This document shows positions 9,541 to 18,317 of a stretch of 64,000 nt of DNA, piece by piece. The stretch is from Smithellaceae bacterium. GTDB lineage: Bacteria; Desulfobacterota; Syntrophia; Syntrophales; Smithellaceae. Within the stretch, counting starts at the first letter, position 1, and each line of letters begins with the position of its first letter. The notes below the pieces were generated by a model. It was not told the origin of the DNA, made no database searches, and worked only from the letters and a program-made list of their open reading frames with translations. The DNA lies in assembly GCA_963667845.2 (NCBI GenBank), contig CAXXVL010000002.1:352001-416000 (forward strand), given 5' to 3'. Made by a program: the position numbers and the translations under genes.

Positions 9541-9789
9541 CTACCTGATTATTCCTTTTCTATCTTTGTTCTCTGCTTTAAGCATTCGCTTATAATGATT
9601 CGGATCACCGTCCATCATTTTGTCAGAGGCATTCACCTTCTTTCTTTCAATCAACCGACTATAGGAGTTAACAAGCTTAGCCAGTGAGTCCAACTTGTCC
9701 GCACCTGACCCACATTTCTTTTCTTTGATGTCATCACATATCCGGTCAATTGCTGCTTCCAGATTCTTTATTACTTTCCTTGTCCTCAT
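9541..9789 (-). CDS. Hypothetical protein, translationally coupled to the resolvase
   Basis: ATGA overlap with the resolvase stop; charged helical 82 aa. Confidence 0.6.
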   Translation of the reverse strand: MRTRKVIKNLEAAIDRICDDIKEKKCGSGADKLDSLAKLVNSYSRLIERKKVNASDKMMDGDPNHYKRMLKAENKDRKGIIR

Positions 9790-10448
9790 GTTGCTTCTCC
9801 AAACTCTCTAACTTTTACATCAAGACCGTTTTTCAAAATCCAGTTATAAAGATTCACGATGGCAGTTCCATATTTCTTTGCCACCAACTTCTTAGGCACA
9901 CCAGTTCTAAGCAATGCAATGATTTCGTCCTTATTCGGATCAAGTTTGCTTTTTCCCGGTCCTTTCGGTCTTCCGAGTTTAACACCGGATTCTTTCCTGA
10001 CTCTCAATGCCTCTTTAGTTCTGGAGCTTATTAAGTCTCTTTCGATCTCGCTTGCCATCGCAAAGACCATCAACAATATTTTACTTTCAATAGTTCCATT
10101 AAGCGTCCAGCCATTCTTGATTGCGTGAATGTTGATTTCTTTCTTCTTTGCCTCGCTGATGATCTCCATGATTTCAAGCATAGACCGTCCTAGTCTGCTA
10201 AGTTCCGCGACAATGATCCAATCATCTTTGCTTAACCAGTCGATGACTTCTTTGACTCTCCGTCTTTTCCACGACACTTTCCCCGATACGATCTCTTCGA
10301 TGAAGTCGACATTCCCAAGCTTGTGATCGTTCGCATAGGTTAAAATATCAGCTTTGTTCTTATCGAGGTCCTGACTCATGGTGCTCACTCTGAGATAGCC
10401 GACAACTTTTTTCTGTATCGGCTGCTCCTTTCCCTGCTTTTTACTCAT
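9786..10448 (-). CDS. Small serine recombinase (resolvase/invertase family)
   Basis: VVGYLRVST, ELSRLGRS, EIERDLISSRTKEAL, GRPKG and a C-terminal HTH; GGAGG RBS. Confidence 0.92.
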   Translation of the reverse strand: MSKKQGKEQPIQKKVVGYLRVSTMSQDLDKNKADILTYANDHKLGNVDFIEEIVSGKVSWKRRRVKEVIDWLSKDDWIIVAELSRLGRSMLEIMEIISEAKKKEINIHAIKNGWTLNGTIESKILLMVFAMASEIERDLISSRTKEALRVRKESGVKLGRPKGPGKSKLDPNKDEIIALLRTGVPKKLVAKKYGTAIVNLYNWILKNGLDVKVREFGEAT

Positions 10449-10482
10449 GCTACACCTCCTGATTTCGTGAGTTCCGATTGAA

Positions 10483-10610
10483 TTACATAGAAAACGTCAT
10501 AAACTGACTTTTTATGTAAAGCCGCATAAGCCATAAGTCAAGGATATTCCTTATGTTTTTACGTAAAGTTTAAACGTTCGTTTTTATATTATGACTTTAC
10601 TAGAAAACAA
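10483..10610. promoter_or_regulatory. Putative res site upstream of the resolvase
   Basis: Imperfect inverted repeat TTACATAGAAAACGTCA...TGACTTTTTATGTAA (10483-10519) plus palindromes TTTACGTAAA and GTTTAAAC, in the position typical of resolvase res sites. Confidence 0.45.
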
Positions 10611-10768
10611 ATATTTAAAGACAGGAGTTCTCTAAAGGTGAACGGCAGGATTTGTGTTAAGAATGTCCGCAGATTATTTAAAAAATATTCAAAAATATCG
10701 CTTGCCGGATTATACACGTCAAACGTCCGATTTCTGAGATTATACAAATCTTATTTTGACCTGAAAGA

Positions 10769-11179
10769 CTACCAACTAATAGAGCTTTCACCTAATGTGA
10801 TTTCGATGTAATACTTGTCAGAATTTCGATAAAATGTCTTTCTCCATGATTTGACTTCGCCTGAAAATAACACTTCCTGCTTAATCGTCAAATCTCTTAA
10901 AAATCCCGACCTACTTATCGTCTGAAGTAAAACATCATTGCCGCAATCAAGCGTGAGATAATATTCACTACCGCGTTCCGACGGAACAACTTCACGGATA
11001 TATGCATAACCTGATGCATTATGGTTTTTTACATATGAACTAAAATATCCATTGTATGTTGCAAAGGTTTCAGTAAGACCTTTTCTACCCTCTTCGCATA
11101 TATTTAAGGAATAAGCCGGACAAGCAATGCTGGAAAATAACAAAACCGTAAAAAATATTAAACTCGCCTTCACGTTCAT
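10769..11179 (-). CDS. Hypothetical secreted protein (possible OB fold)
   Basis: Signal peptide from MNVKASLIFF with GGGGGA RBS; beta-rich body. Confidence 0.65.
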   Translation of the reverse strand: MNVKASLIFFTVLLFSSIACPAYSLNICEEGRKGLTETFATYNGYFSSYVKNHNASGYAYIREVVPSERGSEYYLTLDCGNDVLLQTISRSGFLRDLTIKQEVLFSGEVKSWRKTFYRNSDKYYIEITLGESSISW

Positions 11180-11349
11180 TAAAATGTCCCCCCTTTGATC
11201 AATATTTGTTTGTACGGATGCATGTTGTATATCATTGTAATTAAAATATATATGGCCATATGTCAATTAAATTCAGCCGTAGTGTTTCTTTTACGTCGAT
11301 GCAAAGACTCTCTTTCCGAACGCATGGCATCCGAAAAGTAAGAGGTGCA

Positions 11350-11545
11350 AATCCGAATTAATTCACCCCGATTTCTTTTTCATCGTTCATGAGGTCAATA
11401 GGAGGACCTTGCCCCAAATTACTGTGCCAACAGTCATCGTTAAAAACAGCTCTACCGCAGCTCCAATGATGAAAAGCATTATGACGTCGTATTTCGTGAA
11501 ATCGGTCGGCATAGGGCATTTTGCCGAGTTAAAAGGGGTGGACTT
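11350..11545. repeat. Diverged ~190-bp direct repeat, copy A
   Basis: Shares CGTTCATGAGGTCAAT, CCGCAGCTCCAAT and TGCCGAGTTAAAAG blocks, at near-identical spacing, with 19480-19680. Confidence 0.85.
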
Positions 11546-11714
11546 GAACAGGAAGAGGGGTGTTTTTTTGTTTACATATGTACTTTCAATTTATAAAGAA
11601 GAAATGAGTCGTTGTGGATATCGTTTTCACCTACAAACAAATGACTTTGAAAAGTCTTTATGTTGAGCATTACACAAAGAAATAGTGCATTCGACTTTCT
11701 TAATGCAAAAGCTT

Positions 11715-12641
11715 TTAATCAATCTTGGCAGGATAAAGCGCAGCCTTTAAAAAAGCCAATCCCGGATTGGCTATAGGTCCAGGCGGCAATCCGCGGATGA
11801 TAAATGTGTTGTATGGTGATTTTCTTTTCAAATGACTGCGTAGTATTCTCCCGTCAAAATTATCCAAATCATAAACAGCGGTCGGAGAGCTTTGCAGGGG
11901 AATTCTCTTTTTGAGCCTGTTGTGAAACGCAGCAGAGATAACGGTTTTTTTCGCATCATCATCTGACTCTTTTCCGATCATAGAGGCAAGAGTAACAAAC
12001 TGATGAGTGTTAAATCCAAGTTCTCCGGCTCTTGTAATCATTTCCGGTGTAACTTTACTCCAGAAACGATCCACCATTGTTCGCATGATTTGACGTGTAT
12101 TCATCGAGCGGGTGAATAAATATGTATCGGGGAAAAGATAGCCTTCTATGGAATCCGCCTCTATATTTAAAGATTGCAGGAAATCTTTATCTCTTGCCAG
12201 TTCAAAAAATTCTTTTTTATTGATTAGTTTAAATTCATCTAAGTGTGCGGCAATTTCCCGTATGGATAAATCCTCATGGATAGTGATGCGATAACCTCTC
12301 ACATCACCAAATGTCAGTTTGTCAATCATCGCTGAAGGGGTCATTGAAGTACTAAATTCATATTCACTGGCGCGAATGGAGCGCGTGGCTCCTTTCATTA
12401 TGACTAAGCCATAAAATAAAACAGGGTGCTTGACCAATCCCACCTGATTAAGCATTTTGACAACTTCTGATAATCTGGTGCCAACAGGGATATTAATCAG
12501 TACAGTTGTGTTTTTATCGTCGATGGCACTATTTGAATAATTTAACAGCAGCGCTGAAAAACCGATAACGACAATAGCAACACCTGCAACAATTACATAG
12601 AGTATTTTTTTAATCAATTTTTTTACTTTAATCTTGGACAT
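11715..12641 (-). CDS. mltG: MltG (YceG) endolytic transglycosylase homolog, C-terminally truncated
   Basis: N-terminal TM helix, EGYLFPDTY, TLASMIGKES, LQSSPT, SPYNT...GLPPGPIANPG. Ends at PAKID, before the usual YLYFV segment. Confidence 0.8.
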   Translation of the reverse strand: MSKIKVKKLIKKILYVIVAGVAIVVIGFSALLLNYSNSAIDDKNTTVLINIPVGTRLSEVVKMLNQVGLVKHPVLFYGLVIMKGATRSIRASEYEFSTSMTPSAMIDKLTFGDVRGYRITIHEDLSIREIAAHLDEFKLINKKEFFELARDKDFLQSLNIEADSIEGYLFPDTYLFTRSMNTRQIMRTMVDRFWSKVTPEMITRAGELGFNTHQFVTLASMIGKESDDDAKKTVISAAFHNRLKKRIPLQSSPTAVYDLDNFDGRILRSHLKRKSPYNTFIIRGLPPGPIANPGLAFLKAALYPAKID

Positions 12642-12700
12642 CTTGTTTTAAGCTTTTTGAAGAAAGCTAATGTCTGATGATCATAGATGTCAATAGTAAT

Positions 12701-12940
12701 TTATTTAGAAAGAACAGCCAGCCAAGCTGCTAAAGCACTTAGAATAGAGCTAATACAGGCAAAAACGGCAACCCATCATAAACGAGATTCTCTTATTGAT
12801 CTTTGTGCGTTTATTATTCGGCTTTGACGCTCCGGAATATCTGTCTTACCCGTTTCCGAATTTACTGTTCCATGTGTACTCACACCAATTTTCTGTGCTA
12901 ATTCACGTAATATTATTTCATCAGAGAAAATTCTATTCAT
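12701..12940 (-). pseudogene. Small membrane protein gene with an in-frame TGA
   Basis: The frame from ATG 12940 continues past TGA (12776-12778) into a hydrophobic helix WVAVFACISSILSALAAWLAVLSK and ends at TAA 12701. Confidence 0.6.
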
Positions 12941-12957
12941 AGACTTCCACCACCAAC

Positions 12958-14136
12958 TTATCTTCTGATCTTGTCTATTTTGCATGCCTCGACGAGCCCT
13001 AAATCACACGCCATCTTAATATCAGCCACCATTTGATTTAAATTACCTGTTGCAGAACATACAAACGCTCTCCCCATGTATGCTCTAGCATAATTTGGGT
13101 TTATAGATAACAGTAAGTTGTAATCATTGAGGGCTCTTTTATAATCTTTTCTTTCATAAAGTAAATAAGCGCGATTATTATATCCGTCTTCATATTGCGG
13201 GTTAAGTTCAATCGCCTTATCGAAATCATTTATTGCCTGATCGTAGTTACCAAGGCTCACATAGGTAAGCCCTCTGTTATAATAGGACGTTGCATTTTGC
13301 GGATTTAGTTCAATAGCTTTGTTATGATCATCGATCGCCTGCTTGAAATCACCAAGTATCTTATAGGCCGCTCCCCGATTGCTATATGCGTATGCATATT
13401 GTGGATCTAGTTCAATTGTCTTGTTAAAATCTTTAATAGCTTGATTGTGGTTGCCAAGGCTAGCATAGATATTCCCCCTGTTATTATAGGCTTCTACATA
13501 TTGCGGATTTACCTCTATGGCCTTACTATATGCATCAACGGCATCATTAGCATTGCCTGATATGCCTGCTGCGTAACCTCTTTCAAACCATTCAACGGCA
13601 TTGAGGTCTCTGATGGTTTTATTATAGGCCATTGTGTTTTTCTGTTTCTTTTTCCCTTTCAACATTGTCAGCTCTTGCCGCAATCGTTCATTTTCTTTCA
13701 AGAGTGAATCCGAACGCTTTCTTACCTCTGCCAGTTCCTTGGTCTTCACACGGTTTTTGCGGAGGGAATCAATGGATTTTATGACCCCTTCAGAATCTGC
13801 TGCTATCTTGGCTTTAATCCAGTAAGTGCGACCATCCCATGTTTCCTCGACAAGTTTAGTCTTTACGATACCTGCCGTGAGTGTGGTAATTTGATCTTTG
13901 GTGAGTTGAAAGTCTTGTACTTCTGTTTCACTTTCCAGATATGTTCCCAACTCCTCTAGAAGAAGTCTTTTTACTTCACGCAGAGCAACCGTGCGACTGG
14001 AGTTCTTGCTATCTTCATCACCAGCATGGAAGGTATATTCCTTAATGAAGGTTTTTGTTTCGGCAAGTGTAAAATCGGGAATAAATAAGACAAGCAGAAA
14101 AGAGACCAATGTAATTCGTGTAAGGGTTAATTTCAT
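12958..14136 (-). CDS. Secreted TPR-repeat protein
   Basis: Signal peptide, coiled coil and several AYNNRG...KAIELNPQ TPR units. Confidence 0.88.
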   Translation of the reverse strand: MKLTLTRITLVSFLLVLFIPDFTLAETKTFIKEYTFHAGDEDSKNSSRTVALREVKRLLLEELGTYLESETEVQDFQLTKDQITTLTAGIVKTKLVEETWDGRTYWIKAKIAADSEGVIKSIDSLRKNRVKTKELAEVRKRSDSLLKENERLRQELTMLKGKKKQKNTMAYNKTIRDLNAVEWFERGYAAGISGNANDAVDAYSKAIEVNPQYVEAYNNRGNIYASLGNHNQAIKDFNKTIELDPQYAYAYSNRGAAYKILGDFKQAIDDHNKAIELNPQNATSYYNRGLTYVSLGNYDQAINDFDKAIELNPQYEDGYNNRAYLLYERKDYKRALNDYNLLLSINPNYARAYMGRAFVCSATGNLNQMVADIKMACDLGLVEACKIDKIRR

Positions 14137-14493
14137 TTCTTTGCACCCTGTTGAAAATTGATTATATTTTTATACATCACCCATGAACAAAGTACAAGAT
14201 CCGTTATATAATTGCGATTGAAATGTTGAATGGATGATCAAAACAGAAAAAGAAAATTTTCAAAGAAGGAAGTTTTATTGTCAATTGATTACACCATCCT
14301 GCGGCATAACTTTGCCCATTGCGAAAAATGCAAAAAGGCCGCACTCCTTATCTTTCCGGGAGAGCAGCTTTGATTAAAAAACCAGCAGTAGAATCGGCCC
14401 CTACTGTGAGTGGATTATGCACCGATTCAACTGCGGATTTTTTAGTCGCTTGATGAATTAGAAAATAATTACTGTAAACAGACGCCCCCAACT

Positions 14494-14555
14494 TCCCAAC
14501 TCCATAAATCAGCCGGAACATAGTGATAGCAAACGGCTAGACTGGATGATTGCAT
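14494..14555 (-). other. Degenerate attC-like site
   Basis: Minus strand: ATGCAAT-N5-AGTCTAGC...GCTGATT-N6-GTTGGGA, with an extrahelical base in the L-box pairing. It lies just after the stop of 14565-14873. Confidence 0.35.
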
Positions 14556-14564
14556 ATGCCACCG

Positions 14565-14873
14565 TTACAGCTTCAAACAAACGCCGTGCATTTGACCCGA
14601 CGACTTCGCACACGTTGAACCGGGGCCACAGTCTGTATCGAAAGAGCATGTGTTTCCATATGTCTTGTTGACGTCCAATGGTGCTCGGACTGGTTGCCTA
14701 TCGTTACTGTTTCCCGGTAACATGCCTCCGGCGCAAACACCATAGATACTGCCACTTCCCTTAAGACATTTACTACCGGGTGCGCAGTCTGTATCGAAAG
14801 AGCAAGCAAACAATGACGGTGACGCAGTTACAGTAATAGTGATAGCAATGAACAGTGCGAGTGCAACTTTCAT
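14565..14873 (-). CDS. Small secreted Cys-rich protein with an internal duplication
   Basis: Signal peptide and two copies of CSFDTDCxPGSxCxKxSGxxxGVC; GGGAGG RBS. Confidence 0.75.
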   Translation of the reverse strand: MKVALALFIAITITVTASPSLFACSFDTDCAPGSKCLKGSGSIYGVCAGGMLPGNSNDRQPVRAPLDVNKTYGNTCSFDTDCGPGSTCAKSSGQMHGVCLKL

Positions 14874-14938
14874 ATTTTCCCTCCCTATATATACCCAATA
14901 TTAAATATCTGAATTTCGCTTTTTCGGTTAGTTGAACA

Positions 14939-15328
14939 TCAGAATAGCACTATCGCTTTTTTAGTTCCTTCCATTTTGTACTGAACCAAACCGCAATGCT
15001 GGAGCATTGAACAGACATAGTTCCCTCTGGCAAGGTCTGAACCCGTTGCTTTACGAATCAATTCATCCGCACTTCCAGCTAAAGGTTTGTCATGCAAAGC
15101 CGCGACAAAAAGATAAAGGTTTGCATTCTCTTGAAAAGCCTTTTCAATTGTGTCAAGGCATTTTCTTTCAAGCGGTATCCGGTATTTTCCGCTATGAACA
15201 TAAATAATTGCTGTGTTTTTCTCCTCTATTTTGAAATTTCCTTTCCCTAAGCCTGCTAAGCCTCTACCGGGGGTATCCAAGACATCGCCCTTGTGGACTT
15301 TTTCTAAGATGATTTCCCACCAAGACAT
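14939..15328 (-). CDS. Hypothetical protein
   Basis: ORF with AGGAGG RBS before MSWWEI. Confidence 0.65.
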   Translation of the reverse strand: MSWWEIILEKVHKGDVLDTPGRGLAGLGKGNFKIEEKNTAIIYVHSGKYRIPLERKCLDTIEKAFQENANLYLFVAALHDKPLAGSADELIRKATGSDLARGNYVCSMLQHCGLVQYKMEGTKKAIVLF

Positions 15329-15370
15329 TTTGTTCTCCTCCTTTTGATTGAACTGCATTATTTTCTTTTT

Positions 15371-16081
15371 CTATCCCTTGTTACGCTGGTAATTCCAGAT
15401 TTCATGATCCAGCAGCCTCGGAGTAACATTCGGGTACTGAATTGTTATTGTCTCACAAGTGCTGGATAACAATATCTGGGCTTTTTGATCATTTGCCACT
15501 TTCCCGATAGCATCCTTTATAAATTTCTTAATCCATCTATCCGGCTTGATCAAAGATTCATCTCCCGCCAGCATAAAGAAATATTTGAGCGAGATGCCGC
15601 TTCGCTGTCCTGGAATTTGTCTTATGTCATTTTCAAACCCGGTATCACAAATGACTAAATGCATATCCTGTAAATAATTAACGTTGTATTGATAAAGTAT
15701 TTTTGCAAATTGCAGAACTGCATCAGACTTTAAAATGCCATTACGTGAAGACGTCCTCTGTCTGTTACGGAGTACAGTGTCAGTAAAGAATCCAATTCCT
15801 TCAGATTCCGTTTTTTCGATAAAGCGCGCTGTGGATTCTTGGCTTTCAATTAATGGAATGGCGTCCTTATTCGGTTTGATTCTCGTCAAGCCATAGTGGT
15901 TACAATATTTCATAACTGTATTTCTTGTTCCTTCATATTTTACCCCTATTGAATAGACAGAATCTATTACGCATAGCGGAAGGCTTTGATAAGAGTATTC
16001 ATCGCCCAGGACCGCGTTATTAATATCAAGAACTCGACTACAAAAATCTTTAAATTGAATTTTATCCATTTCTGTAATCAT
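15371..16081 (-). CDS. Hypothetical protein with a HhH-GPD glycosylase-like C-terminus
   Basis: IRQIPGQRSG (HhH-like), FMLAG...IKPDRWI, and RLLDHEIW. Confidence 0.55.
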   Translation of the reverse strand: MITEMDKIQFKDFCSRVLDINNAVLGDEYSYQSLPLCVIDSVYSIGVKYEGTRNTVMKYCNHYGLTRIKPNKDAIPLIESQESTARFIEKTESEGIGFFTDTVLRNRQRTSSRNGILKSDAVLQFAKILYQYNVNYLQDMHLVICDTGFENDIRQIPGQRSGISLKYFFMLAGDESLIKPDRWIKKFIKDAIGKVANDQKAQILLSSTCETITIQYPNVTPRLLDHEIWNYQRNKG

Positions 16082-16090
16082 ATATGCATC

Positions 16091-16945
16091 CTAATTCAGC
16101 ATCTGATTATTGGGAACAAATCGCTTATCCAGACTATCGCGAAGACCTTCTATTTTAAGAACCTTGACACGTTTTTTAATGTAATCTGAAAAATTTGGAT
16201 CGCATGATTTTTCCAGAGTTACCTCTATGTCCTTTACTTTGGGGATACCGATAATTTTAAAACAACCAGGCTCTTTTGTCCTGTCCATATCCGTCCATTC
16301 TATTTTTGTGAATATATAATGACCGTTTTGGTACTTATAATATTTCATGAATTCGAGGCACCCTCCGCACCGTGTATAGGTGACAACTTGTTTGTTCTTG
16401 GCATCAACGGTCAATCCGGACTGATCTGTCAGGTGTTTATTCAAGACAAATTTATGAGTCTTTGGATCATATAGATAGGATGCATACCAGTCATTACCTG
16501 TTCCCTCTCTATTTATAAGAAAACGAAAGTCCAGATAGCCATCAAAATTCATATCGACTATTTGAATCATATCATCAGACTTGCCAATGGTATTCACCCA
16601 AAATGCATTGATCTTTTGAATAACTTTCCCAGTTGATTTATTTCTTATTTCAAACTCTTTCGGTGTGAAATATTCATATTCATTTTCTTTATTGATTTTA
16701 CCCCTGATTGTAATGACATATAGCGGCAGAGATTCGTGAACTTTCATCGTGAATGAGGCACATCCAATATTGTTCCCGAGATTCTGCCAAACCAAAATAG
16801 GTTGGCTAGACAAGTCTTCACTAGAGGCAACCGCATTTAAAATAAATGGTTGAAGGAGAAAAAGAATTGATAGAGCGGAGATCAAGATGAATTGTTTGAA
16901 ATATGGTGTTTGCTCATTTATTTTAAATACTTTCCTTGTTTTCAT
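16091..16945 (-). CDS. Secreted XAC2610-like protein
   Basis: Signal/TM segment, DMNFDGYLD Ca-loop motif, YLYDPKTHKF; GAGG RBS before MKTRK. Confidence 0.55.
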   Translation of the reverse strand: MKTRKVFKINEQTPYFKQFILISALSILFLLQPFILNAVASSEDLSSQPILVWQNLGNNIGCASFTMKVHESLPLYVITIRGKINKENEYEYFTPKEFEIRNKSTGKVIQKINAFWVNTIGKSDDMIQIVDMNFDGYLDFRFLINREGTGNDWYASYLYDPKTHKFVLNKHLTDQSGLTVDAKNKQVVTYTRCGGCLEFMKYYKYQNGHYIFTKIEWTDMDRTKEPGCFKIIGIPKVKDIEVTLEKSCDPNFSDYIKKRVKVLKIEGLRDSLDKRFVPNNQMLN

Positions 16946-17423
16946 TTTACTTCCTCTAATATCAAACCGGAAAAAAAGTTCTCCTATAATGTATACGCAA
17001 ATATTCATCTATGCCACCGATACGATGCCCACAATGCCATAAACAAGTCTATTATACTTTGAATCTATTAATGCGAGTCGTGAAACCGACTTAAGGAAAC
17101 AATCTTGCTAAGTTGTTAATATTGTAACATGAATGAAAAATGAATCAAGTTCGAGTATCGTTTATATAATCATATAGTTACAATTAAACCAAATTTCTCA
17201 ATTGATTACCGGTAGTGAAAATCAATCTTTTCTCTCTTTGGCTATAACTTGAAAGGCAGTGGTTGTAGTATAGCATCTCTTGTTTGTTTTCGTCTGAAAT
17301 GTTGAATAGAAGGGAACAATTGGAAAAACAAGACTTCAGGAAGCTATACGTACTAAATTCTGCTTTTCTTATTGATGTTAATCAGTTGTACATTGCATGA
17401 GTTTTCATATTTTTGTTCTTTCG

Positions 17424-18317
17424 TCAAGGACTGTGTTGGCTACAAACCGTTCGCTGCATAATCACCTCCATAGCTTTAAAGTAATCCCGCTGTACTTTAA
17501 GATTTGATATACGACAATAACGTTGCGTGGTCTTAACGCTGCTGTGTCCTAAAAGATCCTGGATGGTGGAGAGGTCAGCATCGGCATTCAACATCTGTGT
17601 GGCCATTGTGTGCCGGAGATGATGACAGGATAATTTGATCTTCGCTTTGCGGGCATAACGTTCCATGCGCCTCTGAATGCCGCGAATGGAGATAGGCTGC
17701 CCTTTGGATTCTCCCTTTTCGGACAGAAAGATTTTTCTTGCCCTGGCTGCCGACCTTACTTTCAGGTAGCATGAAAGGGCTTGAAGAACATCATTGCTCA
17801 TGTAGACGATCCGGTCTTTTCCTCCCTTACCGTCCTCAACCAAGATAGTTCTACGTTTGACGTCTATAACACCCATGGTAAGGTTGGCTACTTCCTCCAC
17901 CCTTAATCCGCAACGCAGCATCAGCATGAACATCGCTTTATCACGGTAACCTTTTACAACTTTAAAAAAGTCTTCCACCTGTTCGTCCCTTAAATGCCGG
18001 GGTAGAGGACGAGACATCTTCTGGATGTGGCTTCTGCGGACAGGATTGATAATGGTTAATCCTTCTTCATCACGCAGGTAATGGTAAAACTGGCGAATAC
18101 AGTTTACATGGCAGTTTATGGTCTTGGGAGCCAGCCTTTTCCTCATCAGGTGATCAATGTAGTGCGAGATCGTTAAGTGTGTCGCCTCCTCCAATGGAAC
18201 ATCCACCCAGATGACAAAGTGCCTAATGATGTTCAGATAGTTTTTCACGGTATTGGGTGAGCAGTTTCTCCGTTTCAAAAACCGCCTCCAGTTCATGATC
18301 GTGTCGGTCATCATCAT
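17424..18317 (-). CDS. Tyrosine recombinase (XerC/D-like), second of the pair
   Basis: CGLRVEEV, GKGGKDR, HHLRHTMAT, LLGHSS...TQRY (R-K-H-R-H-Y catalytic set); GAGGAGG RBS. Confidence 0.93.
   Translation of the reverse strand: MMMTDTIMNWRRFLKRRNCSPNTVKNYLNIIRHFVIWVDVPLEEATHLTISHYIDHLMRKRLAPKTINCHVNCIRQFYHYLRDEEGLTIINPVRRSHIQKMSRPLPRHLRDEQVEDFFKVVKGYRDKAMFMLMLRCGLRVEEVANLTMGVIDVKRRTILVEDGKGGKDRIVYMSNDVLQALSCYLKVRSAARARKIFLSEKGESKGQPISIRGIQRRMERYARKAKIKLSCHHLRHTMATQMLNADADLSTIQDLLGHSSVKTTQRYCRISNLKVQRDYFKAMEVIMQRTVCSQHSP

Noticed and set aside
11409..11666. 85-aa plus-strand ORF over repeat copy A
   Set aside because: TTG start, no recognisable motif, opposite to all element genes, and not preserved as the same ORF in copy B.
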